In this document: piece by piece, positions 55,481 through 64,000 of the stretch
How the letters are laid out: every line of letters starts with the position of its first letter
How positions within the stretch are numbered: position 1 is the first letter of the stretch
DNA from: Longimicrobiales bacterium
Lineage (GTDB): Bacteria > Gemmatimonadota > Gemmatimonadetes > Longimicrobiales > Gaopeijiaceae
Reading direction: 5' to 3'
DNA length: 64,000 nt
Assembly: GCA_965202985.1 (NCBI GenBank)
Contig: CBDBCF010000001.1
Span: 2,016,001 to 2,080,000, forward strand
The notes under the pieces: model-generated
Database searches by the model: none
Told to the model about the DNA's origin: nothing
What the model saw: only the letters and a program-made list of their open reading frames with translations
Made by a program: the position numbers and the translations under genes

Positions 55481-56665
55481 TTTTGTGCAGTCAGGATTGG
55501 AGTGACAACTTGGTTCGTCCCGACGATAGCGGGCCAGGCGCGGAATGGCGTTGTGCGCCAGATCGAAGTACTGGGCATCTCTTTCCACGCCGATGCTGCG
55601 GTAGCCGACGGCGTTGGCGGCGGCCAATGTCGAGCCGCTGCCGCAGAACGGATCAAGGACGACGCCCTGGGCCAGGGGCAGCACACCTCTGACGACCTGA
55701 CGAAGGAACTGTTGCGGCTTGAGACTGGGATGCGGAGCGAGCGCTCGTTCTTCGGCCCGCGTAGGCGACGAACGGATGACGTCTCCAAATGGCTTTGTCG
55801 GGGAGGGGCGGCGAAAGCCGCCGGTGCCCCACTTGCGGAGGTTGTCTTGCACCCGGCCCTCGAGAGGCTTGCGGAAGACCAGCCACGGTTCCCACATGGA
55901 TCGCGGCATTACGCTGACGCCGCTGAATTCAGTGTGCGCGCCCTTCGGACGATCGCCTCCCCGCATCGTAGTGACCAGCCGGACGATCTCGCCTCGCCGT
56001 TCAAGACCGGCTTGCGCAAGGGAGACGGCGACCAAGTGCGACATCAGCGGACTCGCTGCGACGACGACATTGGCGCCGGGGACGAGCACGGGGTTCAGCG
56101 CCTTTGCCCATCGCACGAAAAACAAGGCCAAGCGGTCCAAGTCCGTGCGCGAGAGCACGGTGAAGCGAGGCAACGGCGATCGAGTCGCTCCGTCGAAGGA
56201 AGGCGGAAGACGCCACACGCCGCCCTTTCGCCTTCGAAGCTTGCCTTGCTCCTTCGCGGAGTACTCGACAAGACCGTAAGGCGGGTCGGTTACGACGGCA
56301 TGAATGGAGTTGGGTTCCCTCGATGCCAGCCACTCGAGACAATCGGCCTTGTACAGCACTGTCCGCCCTATGCAGTGCGTCGGCCATTCCGTTCGTGCGC
56401 CCTCTCCGGGTTCTTCTGGAGCGGGGGGAGGGGTTCGCGTCTCCGTGGCCGAAACCGCCTTCAGCGAGTAATAACCACGGCTCTGGCGAACAAACAGGCG
56501 CGGCGTGTTGAGCCGGAGGTACGAACGCACGCTGGACCTCGGCACCTTGCCGATCGCCTCGTGCACGCCGGCCACGATCTCGGCAACGGAAGCGCCGTGC
56601 GGCCGGTCTGCCAGCACCTCGACTACGGCATCGCGCACTTCGCCCGGCAGTCGTCTCGTCTCCAT
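55475..56665 (-). CDS. N6/N4 DNA methyltransferase (beta class) with N-terminal HTH-like domain
   Basis: VVTDPPY precedes HPSLKP and VLDPFCGSGST; helical N-terminal ~70 aa domain. Confidence 0.9.
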   Translation of the reverse strand: METRRLPGEVRDAVVEVLADRPHGASVAEIVAGVHEAIGKVPRSSVRSYLRLNTPRLFVRQSRGYYSLKAVSATETRTPPPAPEEPGEGARTEWPTHCIGRTVLYKADCLEWLASREPNSIHAVVTDPPYGLVEYSAKEQGKLRRRKGGVWRLPPSFDGATRSPLPRFTVLSRTDLDRLALFFVRWAKALNPVLVPGANVVVAASPLMSHLVAVSLAQAGLERRGEIVRLVTTMRGGDRPKGAHTEFSGVSVMPRSMWEPWLVFRKPLEGRVQDNLRKWGTGGFRRPSPTKPFGDVIRSSPTRAEERALAPHPSLKPQQFLRQVVRGVLPLAQGVVLDPFCGSGSTLAAANAVGYRSIGVERDAQYFDLAHNAIPRLARYRRDEPSCHSNPDCTKS

Positions 56666-56670
56666 CCCCG

Positions 56671-56699
56671 AAAATAGGACGTCTGGACGTCTTTGTCAA
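56671..56699 (-). promoter_or_regulatory. sigma70 promoter (probably leaderless) with two GACGTC palindromes in the spacer
   Basis: Minus strand reads TTGACA-AAGACGTCCAGACGTCC(17)-TATTTT-CGGGG-ATG. Confidence 0.75.
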
Positions 56700-56807
56700 C
56701 TTGGCGAGCGGCTGGCGGCGGTCAACGAAGGCCGGTATTGTGCATGGCATGCCGTCTCGAGGCGGCGCAATCGAGCCCCCCTGCCCCGAAGATGAAGGAA
56801 GAGCACA

Positions 56808-58490
56808 TTGACTAGGCCGACATCGCTCGCGGGCTTGCTGGTCTTGCAGGCGCTTGCATTCCCTCTTGCCGCCCAGCAGATGGACCACGCGGCCCACGCC
56901 ATGCACAACATGGAGTCGGGCTGGCGGATGCCGCCGATGGACCCGAATATGCCCATGCTCCCCGGACTGGAGGGTGCGCTGCCCCCTGTCGGCGCGTTCT
57001 TGGCGGGGGCGGGGGTCGACCTGGCCGCGTTGCCCGAGGCCCGGCCCAGCGAGCCCGTCCGGTTGGGGCCGTGGGACACGCTGAACGTGGACGTGACGCT
57101 TGTGCGGCGGACGCTGGCCGGCCACACGGCGGCGATGTACGGCTACAACGGCCAGTATCCGGGTCCGTTCATCCAGGCGCCGCAGGGCTCGACGGTGGTC
57201 GTCCGCGTCACCAACCGGATCGAGGCGGAGACGACCGTCCACTGGCATGGGCTTCGACTGGACAACCGCTTCGACGGCGTGCCCGGCGTGACCCAGCCGC
57301 CGATCGCGCCGGGCGAGTCGTTCGTCTATGAACTGAAGGTCCCGGACGCCGGGATGTTCTGGTATCACCCCCACATGCGTGAGGACGTGCAGCAGGACCT
57401 GGGCCTCTACGGCAACCTGCTGGTGTCCTCTCCCGACCCGGACCACTATGGCCCCGCCCACCGGGAGGAGCTGCTGGTCCTGGACGACATCCTCATGGAC
57501 GGCCACGGCCTGATCCCATGGGGCGAAGAGGCGCCCACGCACGCGCTCATGGGGCGGTTCGGCAACGTCATGCTTGTCAATGGCGCGACGGGACACGCCT
57601 TGGAGGCCGCGCCCGGCGAAGTCGTCCGCTTCTTCATCACCAACGTGGCCAACACGCGCACATTCAACGTGACCTTCGGGCCGGCGCGCGTAAAGCTGGT
57701 GGCGTCCGACGTGGGCCGCTTCGAGCGCGAGACGTGGGTGTCGAGCGTGGTCGTCGCCCCCGCGGAGCGCTACGTGGTGGACGTGTCGTTCCCGGAGGCG
57801 GGCCAAGCGGCGATCGCCAACACCATCCAGGCGGTGAACCACTTCCGGGGCGAGTTCTACCCCCACGTGGACACGCTTGCGACGGTGCGCGTCTCGGGTC
57901 CGCCGGTTCGGGACGCGGTGACCGAGGCGTTCGCAACGTTGCGGGAGCACGCCGAAGTTGCCGCCGAAACCGAACCCCTGCGCGCCCACCTGGGCCGCCC
58001 GCCCGACCACGTCCTGGAGGCCACCGTCCGCGTCCAGGGCTTGCCCCTGCCGATCGTCCGCTCCATGGAGGCCGACACGCTGTACGTGCCCCCCATGGAG
58101 TGGAACGACGCCATGCCCATGATGAACTGGCTCTCCACCGGGACACAAGTCACGTGGGTGCTGCGGGACGGCGCGACCGGCCGCGAGAACGAAGCGATCC
58201 ACTGGCGCTTCAAGGTGGGCGACTTGGTCAAGGTGCGCGTCTTCAATTCGCCCGATTCGTTTCACCCCATGAACCACCCGGTGCATGTGCACGGCCAGCG
58301 CTTCGTCGTGCTGGCCCGCGACGACGTGCCCAACGACAACCTTGTGTGGAAGGACACCGCGATCGTCCCCGTGGGCTCAACCATGGACATCCTGGTCGAG
58401 ATGTCCAACCCAGGCGACTGGATGCTGCACTGTCACATCGCCGAACACCTGCACGCCGGCATGATGATGCACTTCACGGTAGAGGGCTGA
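56808..58490 (+). CDS. multicopper oxidase
   Basis: HWHG, WYHPH, HPVHVHG, HCHIAEHLHAGM; His/Met-rich N-terminus. Confidence 0.95.
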   Translation: MTRPTSLAGLLVLQALAFPLAAQQMDHAAHAMHNMESGWRMPPMDPNMPMLPGLEGALPPVGAFLAGAGVDLAALPEARPSEPVRLGPWDTLNVDVTLVRRTLAGHTAAMYGYNGQYPGPFIQAPQGSTVVVRVTNRIEAETTVHWHGLRLDNRFDGVPGVTQPPIAPGESFVYELKVPDAGMFWYHPHMREDVQQDLGLYGNLLVSSPDPDHYGPAHREELLVLDDILMDGHGLIPWGEEAPTHALMGRFGNVMLVNGATGHALEAAPGEVVRFFITNVANTRTFNVTFGPARVKLVASDVGRFERETWVSSVVVAPAERYVVDVSFPEAGQAAIANTIQAVNHFRGEFYPHVDTLATVRVSGPPVRDAVTEAFATLREHAEVAAETEPLRAHLGRPPDHVLEATVRVQGLPLPIVRSMEADTLYVPPMEWNDAMPMMNWLSTGTQVTWVLRDGATGRENEAIHWRFKVGDLVKVRVFNSPDSFHPMNHPVHVHGQRFVVLARDDVPNDNLVWKDTAIVPVGSTMDILVEMSNPGDWMLHCHIAEHLHAGMMMHFTVEG

Positions 58491-58504
58491 CCAGGCGGGC
58501 GATC

Positions 58505-59836
58505 ATGATGACGAGCCGTCCCGCCGTCCGCACGCTGGTCGCGTGGTGGGGCCGACGGGTGGCGGGCGTCCTGGAGCTGGACCGCCGCGGCGCGATGCGG
58601 TTCGCCTACGACGACGGCTGGCTGGCCGACCAAGCCGCGCCAGCGCTCTCCCTGTCCCTGCCCAAGCAGTCGCGTTCGTTTCCCAGTGCGCAATGCGCTC
58701 CCTTCTTCGAGGGCCTGTTGCCCGAGGGCGCCGAAAGGGATGCAGTGGCCCGCGCCTTGGGCGTGTCGCCCGAGAACGTCTTCGGCATCCTGGCCGGAAT
58801 CGGCGGCGAAGTGGCAGGGGCCGTCTCGCTCTGGCCGGAGGGTCAGCAGCCTCCGAATGGCACGTCCGCTGACTCCACGGCAGCAGCCGCGTCCACCCGC
58901 TCCGCCGCGCCCGTCCCGTGCGCCAAGCCGCTTTCGGAGGCCGCACTCGCCCGCCTTCTGGACGCCATCAGGACGCACCCGTTGCTCGTCAACGGGGAGG
59001 ACGGCCTGCGCATGTCTCTGGCCGGCGCCCAGTCCAAGTTGCCCGTAGTGGCCAGCGGCGACGAGATCGCCCTTCCCGCTCCCGGCGGTCCGACCACCCA
59101 CATCCTCAAGCCCGCCAACGAACGCTTTCCGGCGATGACCGAGAACGAGGCCTTCGCCATGCGCTTGGCCCGCAAGATGGGACTCGCGGCGGCCCCCGTG
59201 GAGGCTCGGGTCGCTTGCGGTCGCCCCTTCCTGCTCGTGGAGCGCTACGACCGGGAGCGCGCGCCGAGCGGCGTCGTCCGTCGCCTTCATCAAGAGGACT
59301 TCTGCCAAGCGCTGGGCTTCGTGTCGCGCCGCAAGTACGCCGCCGACGGCGGTCCCGGCTTTCCGGATTGCTTCGATCTGGTCCGTCGCGCCTGCACGAA
59401 CCCCGACCAAGACGCGGACGCCCTTCTCGCCGCCGCCGTCCTGCAAGTCCTTGTCGGCAACGCCGACGCGCACGGCAAGAACTACAGCCTGGTCAGGCGC
59501 GGTCCCGGGTTCGGCGAGACGGTTGAACTTGCGCCCCTCTACGACGTGCTGTGCACGGCCGCGTACCCCGGTCTGTCGCCCAGACTGGCCATGAAGATTG
59601 GCGGACGGGCCACGCTGGAAGAGCTGCGCCCCGCGGACTGGGACCGCTTCGCGCGCAAGTGCGGACTGGAGCCCTCCGCCGTGCGCCGGCGCGTGGGGAA
59701 GCTCTGCGAACTGGCGGTGCAACAGTGCGACGGCGTTGCCCGGGAATTGGCCCGTCCCGGCCTTGACCACGACGCCCTCCAAGGCTTCGCAACGCGGACG
59801 CAGCAACGAGCCGCCCAACTGGAGCGTTCCGCGTGA
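58505..59836 (+). CDS. hipA: HipA family kinase toxin with N-terminal couple domain
   Basis: FAYDDGW, LSLSLP, FFEGLLPEG, SLAGAQSK, HILKP, RLHQEDFCQ, GNADAHGKNYS, LAPLYD. Confidence 0.93.
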   Translation: MMTSRPAVRTLVAWWGRRVAGVLELDRRGAMRFAYDDGWLADQAAPALSLSLPKQSRSFPSAQCAPFFEGLLPEGAERDAVARALGVSPENVFGILAGIGGEVAGAVSLWPEGQQPPNGTSADSTAAAASTRSAAPVPCAKPLSEAALARLLDAIRTHPLLVNGEDGLRMSLAGAQSKLPVVASGDEIALPAPGGPTTHILKPANERFPAMTENEAFAMRLARKMGLAAAPVEARVACGRPFLLVERYDRERAPSGVVRRLHQEDFCQALGFVSRRKYAADGGPGFPDCFDLVRRACTNPDQDADALLAAAVLQVLVGNADAHGKNYSLVRRGPGFGETVELAPLYDVLCTAAYPGLSPRLAMKIGGRATLEELRPADWDRFARKCGLEPSAVRRRVGKLCELAVQQCDGVARELARPGLDHDALQGFATRTQQRAAQLERSA

Positions 59837-59873
59837 ACGCCTCCCCGTTCCGGCGAGGCCGAGGTCGCGTCGG

Positions 59874-62426
59874 TCAGGCCAGCATAGCGTTCAGCCGCTG
59901 CTGCCACTCGTCCTCGTCCACGACCTCGAAGCGCACCACCTTGTCGCGCATCGCCGGCGCGAACTCGGCCCACTCCCTCTGCTTGGCCATCTCGGAGCAG
60001 GTGCTGAACACGGAGCGCTTGTAGTTGGTGTCCTCCGACTGCTTGAGGTGCAGTCCCTTGGTCTCGAGCACGAACACGTCGCCGAAGTCCTTGTCGTCGC
60101 TCCGTTCCGCCTCGTCGTCCTGGCCTTCCTGGCCCTCCGCCTTGAGCGCAAACACGAAGTCCGCGTACACGCGCTGGGGCTTCCAGCCCTGCACATAGTA
60201 GTCCTTGCGGCTCCGGTTGCGGTACCAGAAGAACAGCCGCGCCTGCTGGTCCAGGTACGTGGCCACCTTCGTCTCCAGCGTGTTCATCTCTTCTTCGCTG
60301 GTCCGCTCGTACAGGCTCAGGCGGAATTGGCTCCCGTCGGGTCGATTGGCCTGTCGCGCGCGACCGATTTCGACCTTGGACGGCGGGCGGTTGAAGTCTA
60401 GATCGTCGGTCACGACCAGGAAGCGCATGACGCCACGCTTCAGCATGTCGAAGAAAACGCTCCGAGACATCCGGTCTCGCTCCCCCTCCAGCCGCTTGCG
60501 CAACTCTTCGAGAACGAACATGTAGCTGGCTTGCACTTGCTGACGCGGATGCTTCTCCAGCAACGCTTCGAATACCATCTGGGCGGCTTCGGCGCCGCGC
60601 CACGGATTCGGCATCACGCTCAGCAAGTGACCGGCCGCAAAGTAGTAGTCGATCACATCTCCGCCTTCGGTTGTCGTGCCGTCGCCGGCGACGAAAACGC
60701 GGTCCGTCAAGCCTCCTTGATCGAGTCCGGTGCGCAGGTCGAAGTCGCTGTCGCTCTCCTGGACCAGCGGCAGGTCGAACAAAGGGCTCACGTCCACGTC
60801 GTCCCACGGGACCCGCGACAGGATGTCGGTCTCGTACCGCACGGGCCGCCAGTCGGCGCCGTCCTTGATCATGAACGCGGGAAGCACGAAGTCGCGGACC
60901 ACGTTGCGATACCGCTTCCGCTGGCGCGCCACCACCCGTTCCCTGCGCAGCACCGAATCGCCGTCGTCGACGATCCTGCCTTCCAGTCCCTGCAGGCCCT
61001 CCAGCCCGAACCCCCTGCGCACCTCGCGGAGCAGGTCCGCTCCCCGGCGCCGAAAGCAGAATACGTAGCTCTCGTCGAGCCGGGGATTTCCGGTCTTCTT
61101 GGCGTAGGGCTGCCGCAGGATGCGACCCACCAGCTGGGTCAGCGCGCTCTTGGACGCTGGGTTGGTCAGAATCGCCAAGACGTAAGCGAAGGAGCAGTCC
61201 CAGCCCTCCTGCAACGCCTGCTTGGTGATGATGAAGCGAATCGGGCAGTTCCTGGCTAGCAAGCCTCCAAGCTCGTCCACAGCCTTCAACTCGTCCTTTC
61301 GGCTCGTCTTGACGGCAATGTGTTCCGGCCGAACGTCGGGATGTCGCAACAGATACTCCCTCACGTCGTCCGCGTGCACCACTCCCGTCCGATGCTGCTT
61401 TCGCCCCGTTCGCTCCACCTGTATCAGGCATATCGGGCGGATATGCTCGCCGGTTTCCGCTTCGTGCGCGAGCGCCTGGGCTTCCAGCATCTTGCGGTGC
61501 TCCATCGCCGCCAGCAGCGTGTCCTCCCACGCGGCGCTGGCTTTGTTCTTGATGTGCAGGTCGAGTTTGATCATCTCCTCGGCGTGGAGCTCCCTGCCGG
61601 AGATGCTCACCAGCACGTTGGCTTCCGTGGGCGGCGTGGCCGACAGCTCGACGATCATGCACGGATTGAAGCCCTCCAGGGTATTCTTGGCGTTTCGGCT
61701 GTACGCCTTGTGTCCTTCGTCGAGGATGATCAGGGGACGAAGCAAGCGGAGCGTGTTGCCCAAGGACGTCTTGGCGTGACGTCCCCACACGCCCCCGTGC
61801 CCTTCGAAGGTGTCCAGGTTCGGCACCCTTTCGAGCAACTTCCTGTGGCCTTCGGCGTTGTTGTCGGCGGGGAAGAAGCGATTGTAGCCGCCGCTGTCCC
61901 GGAACATGCGGAGCTGCGCCTTGGTCCGGCGGTTGGCGGAGGGCAGCATCAGCACGAGGATGCAGAGCTTGTCCACCACGTCGCGCGGACCGAAGCCTTT
62001 CGTCTTCTCGAGAACGAGGGTGCGCCCGGCCGACAAGATGTCGAGCTGCTGTCGGTACGGATGGTCCTTGTCCTTGAGCGCCCGAAGCGTCTGGTTGTAG
62101 ATCTGAGTCGTCGGGACGATCCAAAGCACCAGGCCCGACTGCCGTCGGCGGAAGCGCGTGTGGGCCAGGTCGATCACCTTGACGGCGAGCAGCGTCTTGC
62201 CGCCGCCGGTGGGAACCTTGAGACAGAAGGCGGGCAACGGGTCGCCCAGTCCGTTCCGACGGGACACGTAACGGCGCGACAAGAAGCACTTCTCCCACGC
62301 CTTGGCCGCCCAGTCGAAGCCGAACTCGGGATCCAGCGTGGCCGCCTTGTCTCGCCACTCCGCCAAGTGCTCCAGGTACTCTCCAACGACCGAGAGCGTC
62401 CGCTTCTGGTACTCCTTGAGGATCAC
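59874..62426 (-). CDS. res: type III restriction endonuclease Res subunit
   Basis: LKEYQ, KVPTGGGKT, DEGH, SATP, LQEGWD, QLVGRILRQP; C-terminal ADF...LETKG; GTGA coupling to mod. Confidence 0.92.
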   Translation of the reverse strand: MILKEYQKRTLSVVGEYLEHLAEWRDKAATLDPEFGFDWAAKAWEKCFLSRRYVSRRNGLGDPLPAFCLKVPTGGGKTLLAVKVIDLAHTRFRRRQSGLVLWIVPTTQIYNQTLRALKDKDHPYRQQLDILSAGRTLVLEKTKGFGPRDVVDKLCILVLMLPSANRRTKAQLRMFRDSGGYNRFFPADNNAEGHRKLLERVPNLDTFEGHGGVWGRHAKTSLGNTLRLLRPLIILDEGHKAYSRNAKNTLEGFNPCMIVELSATPPTEANVLVSISGRELHAEEMIKLDLHIKNKASAAWEDTLLAAMEHRKMLEAQALAHEAETGEHIRPICLIQVERTGRKQHRTGVVHADDVREYLLRHPDVRPEHIAVKTSRKDELKAVDELGGLLARNCPIRFIITKQALQEGWDCSFAYVLAILTNPASKSALTQLVGRILRQPYAKKTGNPRLDESYVFCFRRRGADLLREVRRGFGLEGLQGLEGRIVDDGDSVLRRERVVARQRKRYRNVVRDFVLPAFMIKDGADWRPVRYETDILSRVPWDDVDVSPLFDLPLVQESDSDFDLRTGLDQGGLTDRVFVAGDGTTTEGGDVIDYYFAAGHLLSVMPNPWRGAEAAQMVFEALLEKHPRQQVQASYMFVLEELRKRLEGERDRMSRSVFFDMLKRGVMRFLVVTDDLDFNRPPSKVEIGRARQANRPDGSQFRLSLYERTSEEEMNTLETKVATYLDQQARLFFWYRNRSRKDYYVQGWKPQRVYADFVFALKAEGQEGQDDEAERSDDKDFGDVFVLETKGLHLKQSEDTNYKRSVFSTCSEMAKQREWAEFAPAMRDKVVRFEVVDEDEWQQRLNAMLA

Positions 62427-64000
62427 GAGTCCAGTCTGTCCACCGTCTCGTAGATCTCGAACGGCAGCTGGGAGAACTGGATTCGATGCATGTGCAGGAA
62501 CTCCAAGTCCAAGTACTTGGTGGGGGCGAAGATCAAGCGCTCGCGGCCGTTCTCCGGCAGAGCCCGGGCGATGCCGAGCGTGAGGGCCAGGTCCTTGAGC
62601 ACTTCGACGTCCGAGTCGTAGATCAAGAACACGTCCCACCGCGCACTTGCGCCGATGAACCATTTCTCTCGATCAATCCGATCAGGATCGAACTCCTCGC
62701 CCGTCGCTGTGAAGAACAAGTAGCCGGCCAGCTTGTCGTAGCCCGGCAGCCGCGAAGCTCCGAACATCGATCGCGGCTGCATGGGGCGACCCACCTCGAA
62801 ATAGCTGAATGTGCCGCCAAGCCCGGCTTCCAGGCGTTTGTCCTTGGCCTCCGGAATGCCCTTGGCGACCCGTCGAACCCGCTCGGCCGTCAACGTGTCC
62901 ACGTAGTCCTCGCACTCCACCAGCACGAAGCGCCGACTGCCCCCGTCCTCCTTGTTGAGGGCCAAGACGGCGTGGGCGGTGGTGCCCGACCCCGCGAAGG
63001 AGTCGAGCACGATGGAGTCCTTGTCGGTGGCCAAGCGCAGGACTCGGGAGATCAATTCGACCGGCTTGGCGGTGGTGAAGTTCGGAAAGTCGTCCGGGAA
63101 TATGTCCAAGAGGGTCTTCTTGGCTCTTTGCGTATGTCCCACCTCCTTGTATGTCCAAATGGTCTCCGGCACCATCCCCGACTTGACCTCGGACAGGAAG
63201 CGCTTGACGGCTGGCACCTGATTGCCGTCTTCGCCCCACCATATTCGATTGTCTTCATGCATCTCCCAGAACTTCTGCTTGGAGTACAGCCAAAATCTGC
63301 CTGCGGGAGGCCCTTCGATCCTGCGTCCCCCCGGACATTGGATGGCATAAACTCCACGAGAGTACGGGTTTCGCGCCGACAAGTCGCTCGCCTTCCAGGC
63401 CCCGCGGGGGTCGTCGTCGGGATTGGAATAGCGTTCGTCGGCTTCCTTGGTCCGGGGAAGCAACCCCAGATCGAATCGCTCCTTGTCTCTTGCGTACACG
63501 ATGATGAAGTCGTGGTTTTCCGAGAAGTACTTGGCGCTGCTCTTGGGCGAATACACCTTCTCCCATATGATCGTCGCCACGAAGTTCTCTTCTCCGAACA
63601 CCTCGTCCATCAAGAACCGCAACCGGTGCACTTCGTTGTCGTCGATGGAGATGAAGATCGCTCCGTCTTCGGATAGCAGTTCGTGCAACAGCGTCAGCCG
63701 CGGCAGCATCATGCAGCACCACTTGTCGTGGCGGGTCAGGTCGTCGCGGTCCACGACCTTGCCGAACCAGTCCTGCATCATCGGCGAATTCACGCGGTCG
63801 TTGTACGCCCACCCTTCGTTGCCGGTGTTGTACGGGGGGTCGATGTAGATGCACTTGACCTTGCCGTGATAGATCGGCAGAAGCGCCTTGAGAGCCGCCA
63901 AGTTGTCACCCTCGACGATCAGGTTGTCGTGGAGGCTGGCCTTCGGGCTGGTTCCCTTCGAGCGGACCGGCTTCAGCTCGTGGAAGGGGACGACCAAGTG
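62423..64000 (-). CDS. mod: type III RM methyltransferase Mod subunit (5' end outside the window)
   Basis: IVEGDNL, IYIDPPYNTG, ISIDDNE, VLDSFAGSGTT. Confidence 0.95.
   Translation of the reverse strand, partial: HLVVPFHELKPVRSKGTSPKASLHDNLIVEGDNLAALKALLPIYHGKVKCIYIDPPYNTGNEGWAYNDRVNSPMMQDWFGKVVDRDDLTRHDKWCCMMLPRLTLLHELLSEDGAIFISIDDNEVHRLRFLMDEVFGEENFVATIIWEKVYSPKSSAKYFSENHDFIIVYARDKERFDLGLLPRTKEADERYSNPDDDPRGAWKASDLSARNPYSRGVYAIQCPGGRRIEGPPAGRFWLYSKQKFWEMHEDNRIWWGEDGNQVPAVKRFLSEVKSGMVPETIWTYKEVGHTQRAKKTLLDIFPDDFPNFTTAKPVELISRVLRLATDKDSIVLDSFAGSGTTAHAVLALNKEDGGSRRFVLVECEDYVDTLTAERVRRVAKGIPEAKDKRLEAGLGGTFSYFEVGRPMQPRSMFGASRLPGYDKLAGYLFFTATGEEFDPDRIDREKWFIGASARWDVFLIYDSDVEVLKDLALTLGIARALPENGRERLIFAPTKYLDLEFLHMHRIQFSQLPFEIYETVDRLDS

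Noticed and set aside
21220..63800. Avoidance of CAATTG or GAATTC as evidence for the MunI-like specificity
   Set aside because: Both hexamers occur several times in the window, and no depletion can be judged by eye.
205..63854. Many long ORFs in the track (e.g. 205-1890 +, 2266-4401 +, 11305-13842 +, 22875-26003 -, 59539-62358 -)
   Set aside because: They are antisense or alternate-frame shadows of recognisable genes, typical of high-GC DNA; Arg/Gly/Pro-rich with no motifs.
31330..64000. Prophage, integron or ICE as the island vehicle
   Set aside because: No integrase, tRNA, structural or conjugation genes, and no canonical attC (RYYYAAC...GTTRRRY) seen. DUF5131 alone does not indicate a phage.

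Overview
High-GC bacterial chromosomal window. The many secreted lipoproteins, VPS10/NHL/LVIVD propellers and paired M66-like proteases suggest a Gemmatimonadota-like, possibly host-associated organism (inference only). No rRNA, tRNA, CRISPR array, integrase or transposase was seen. Positions 1-31.3 kb are metabolic and envelope genes: two paralogous metzincin lipoproteins around a beta-barrel gene, a keto-glycoside-type sugar catabolism run interrupted by panB, a DmpA peptidase/SSS transporter/Cys-Thr proline-racemase-family operon, a sigma54-driven pair, an AAA-nuclease, an M20 amidohydrolase and several hydrolases. Positions 31.4-64 kb form a mosaic defence island. A PLD-SNF2 helicase and an Eco57I-like methyltransferase bracket about 9 kb of cargo (Dam-like MTase, gene fragments, SLOG, TcmP + DUF5131 and an ATP-grasp peptide cassette). 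These are followed by Phd/VapC (toxin broken), AAA_21 + DUF4276, a MunI-like RM cassette inserted next to a multicopper oxidase, an orphan HipA and a type III RM system. The best candidate for an undescribed system is a translationally coupled, low-GC three-gene cassette at 42215-43942: a 63-aa precursor peptide with a TKKxDxETGED core, a graspetide-type ATP-grasp ligase and a 3-TM protein with Pycsar-effector-like topology. It has no exporter and sits inside the defence island. Also notable are related TGACAGATT...AATCTGTCA palindromes bounding a 17.4-kb block, a six-unit 19-bp-period intergenic array, and several promoters that can be read directly from the sequence.
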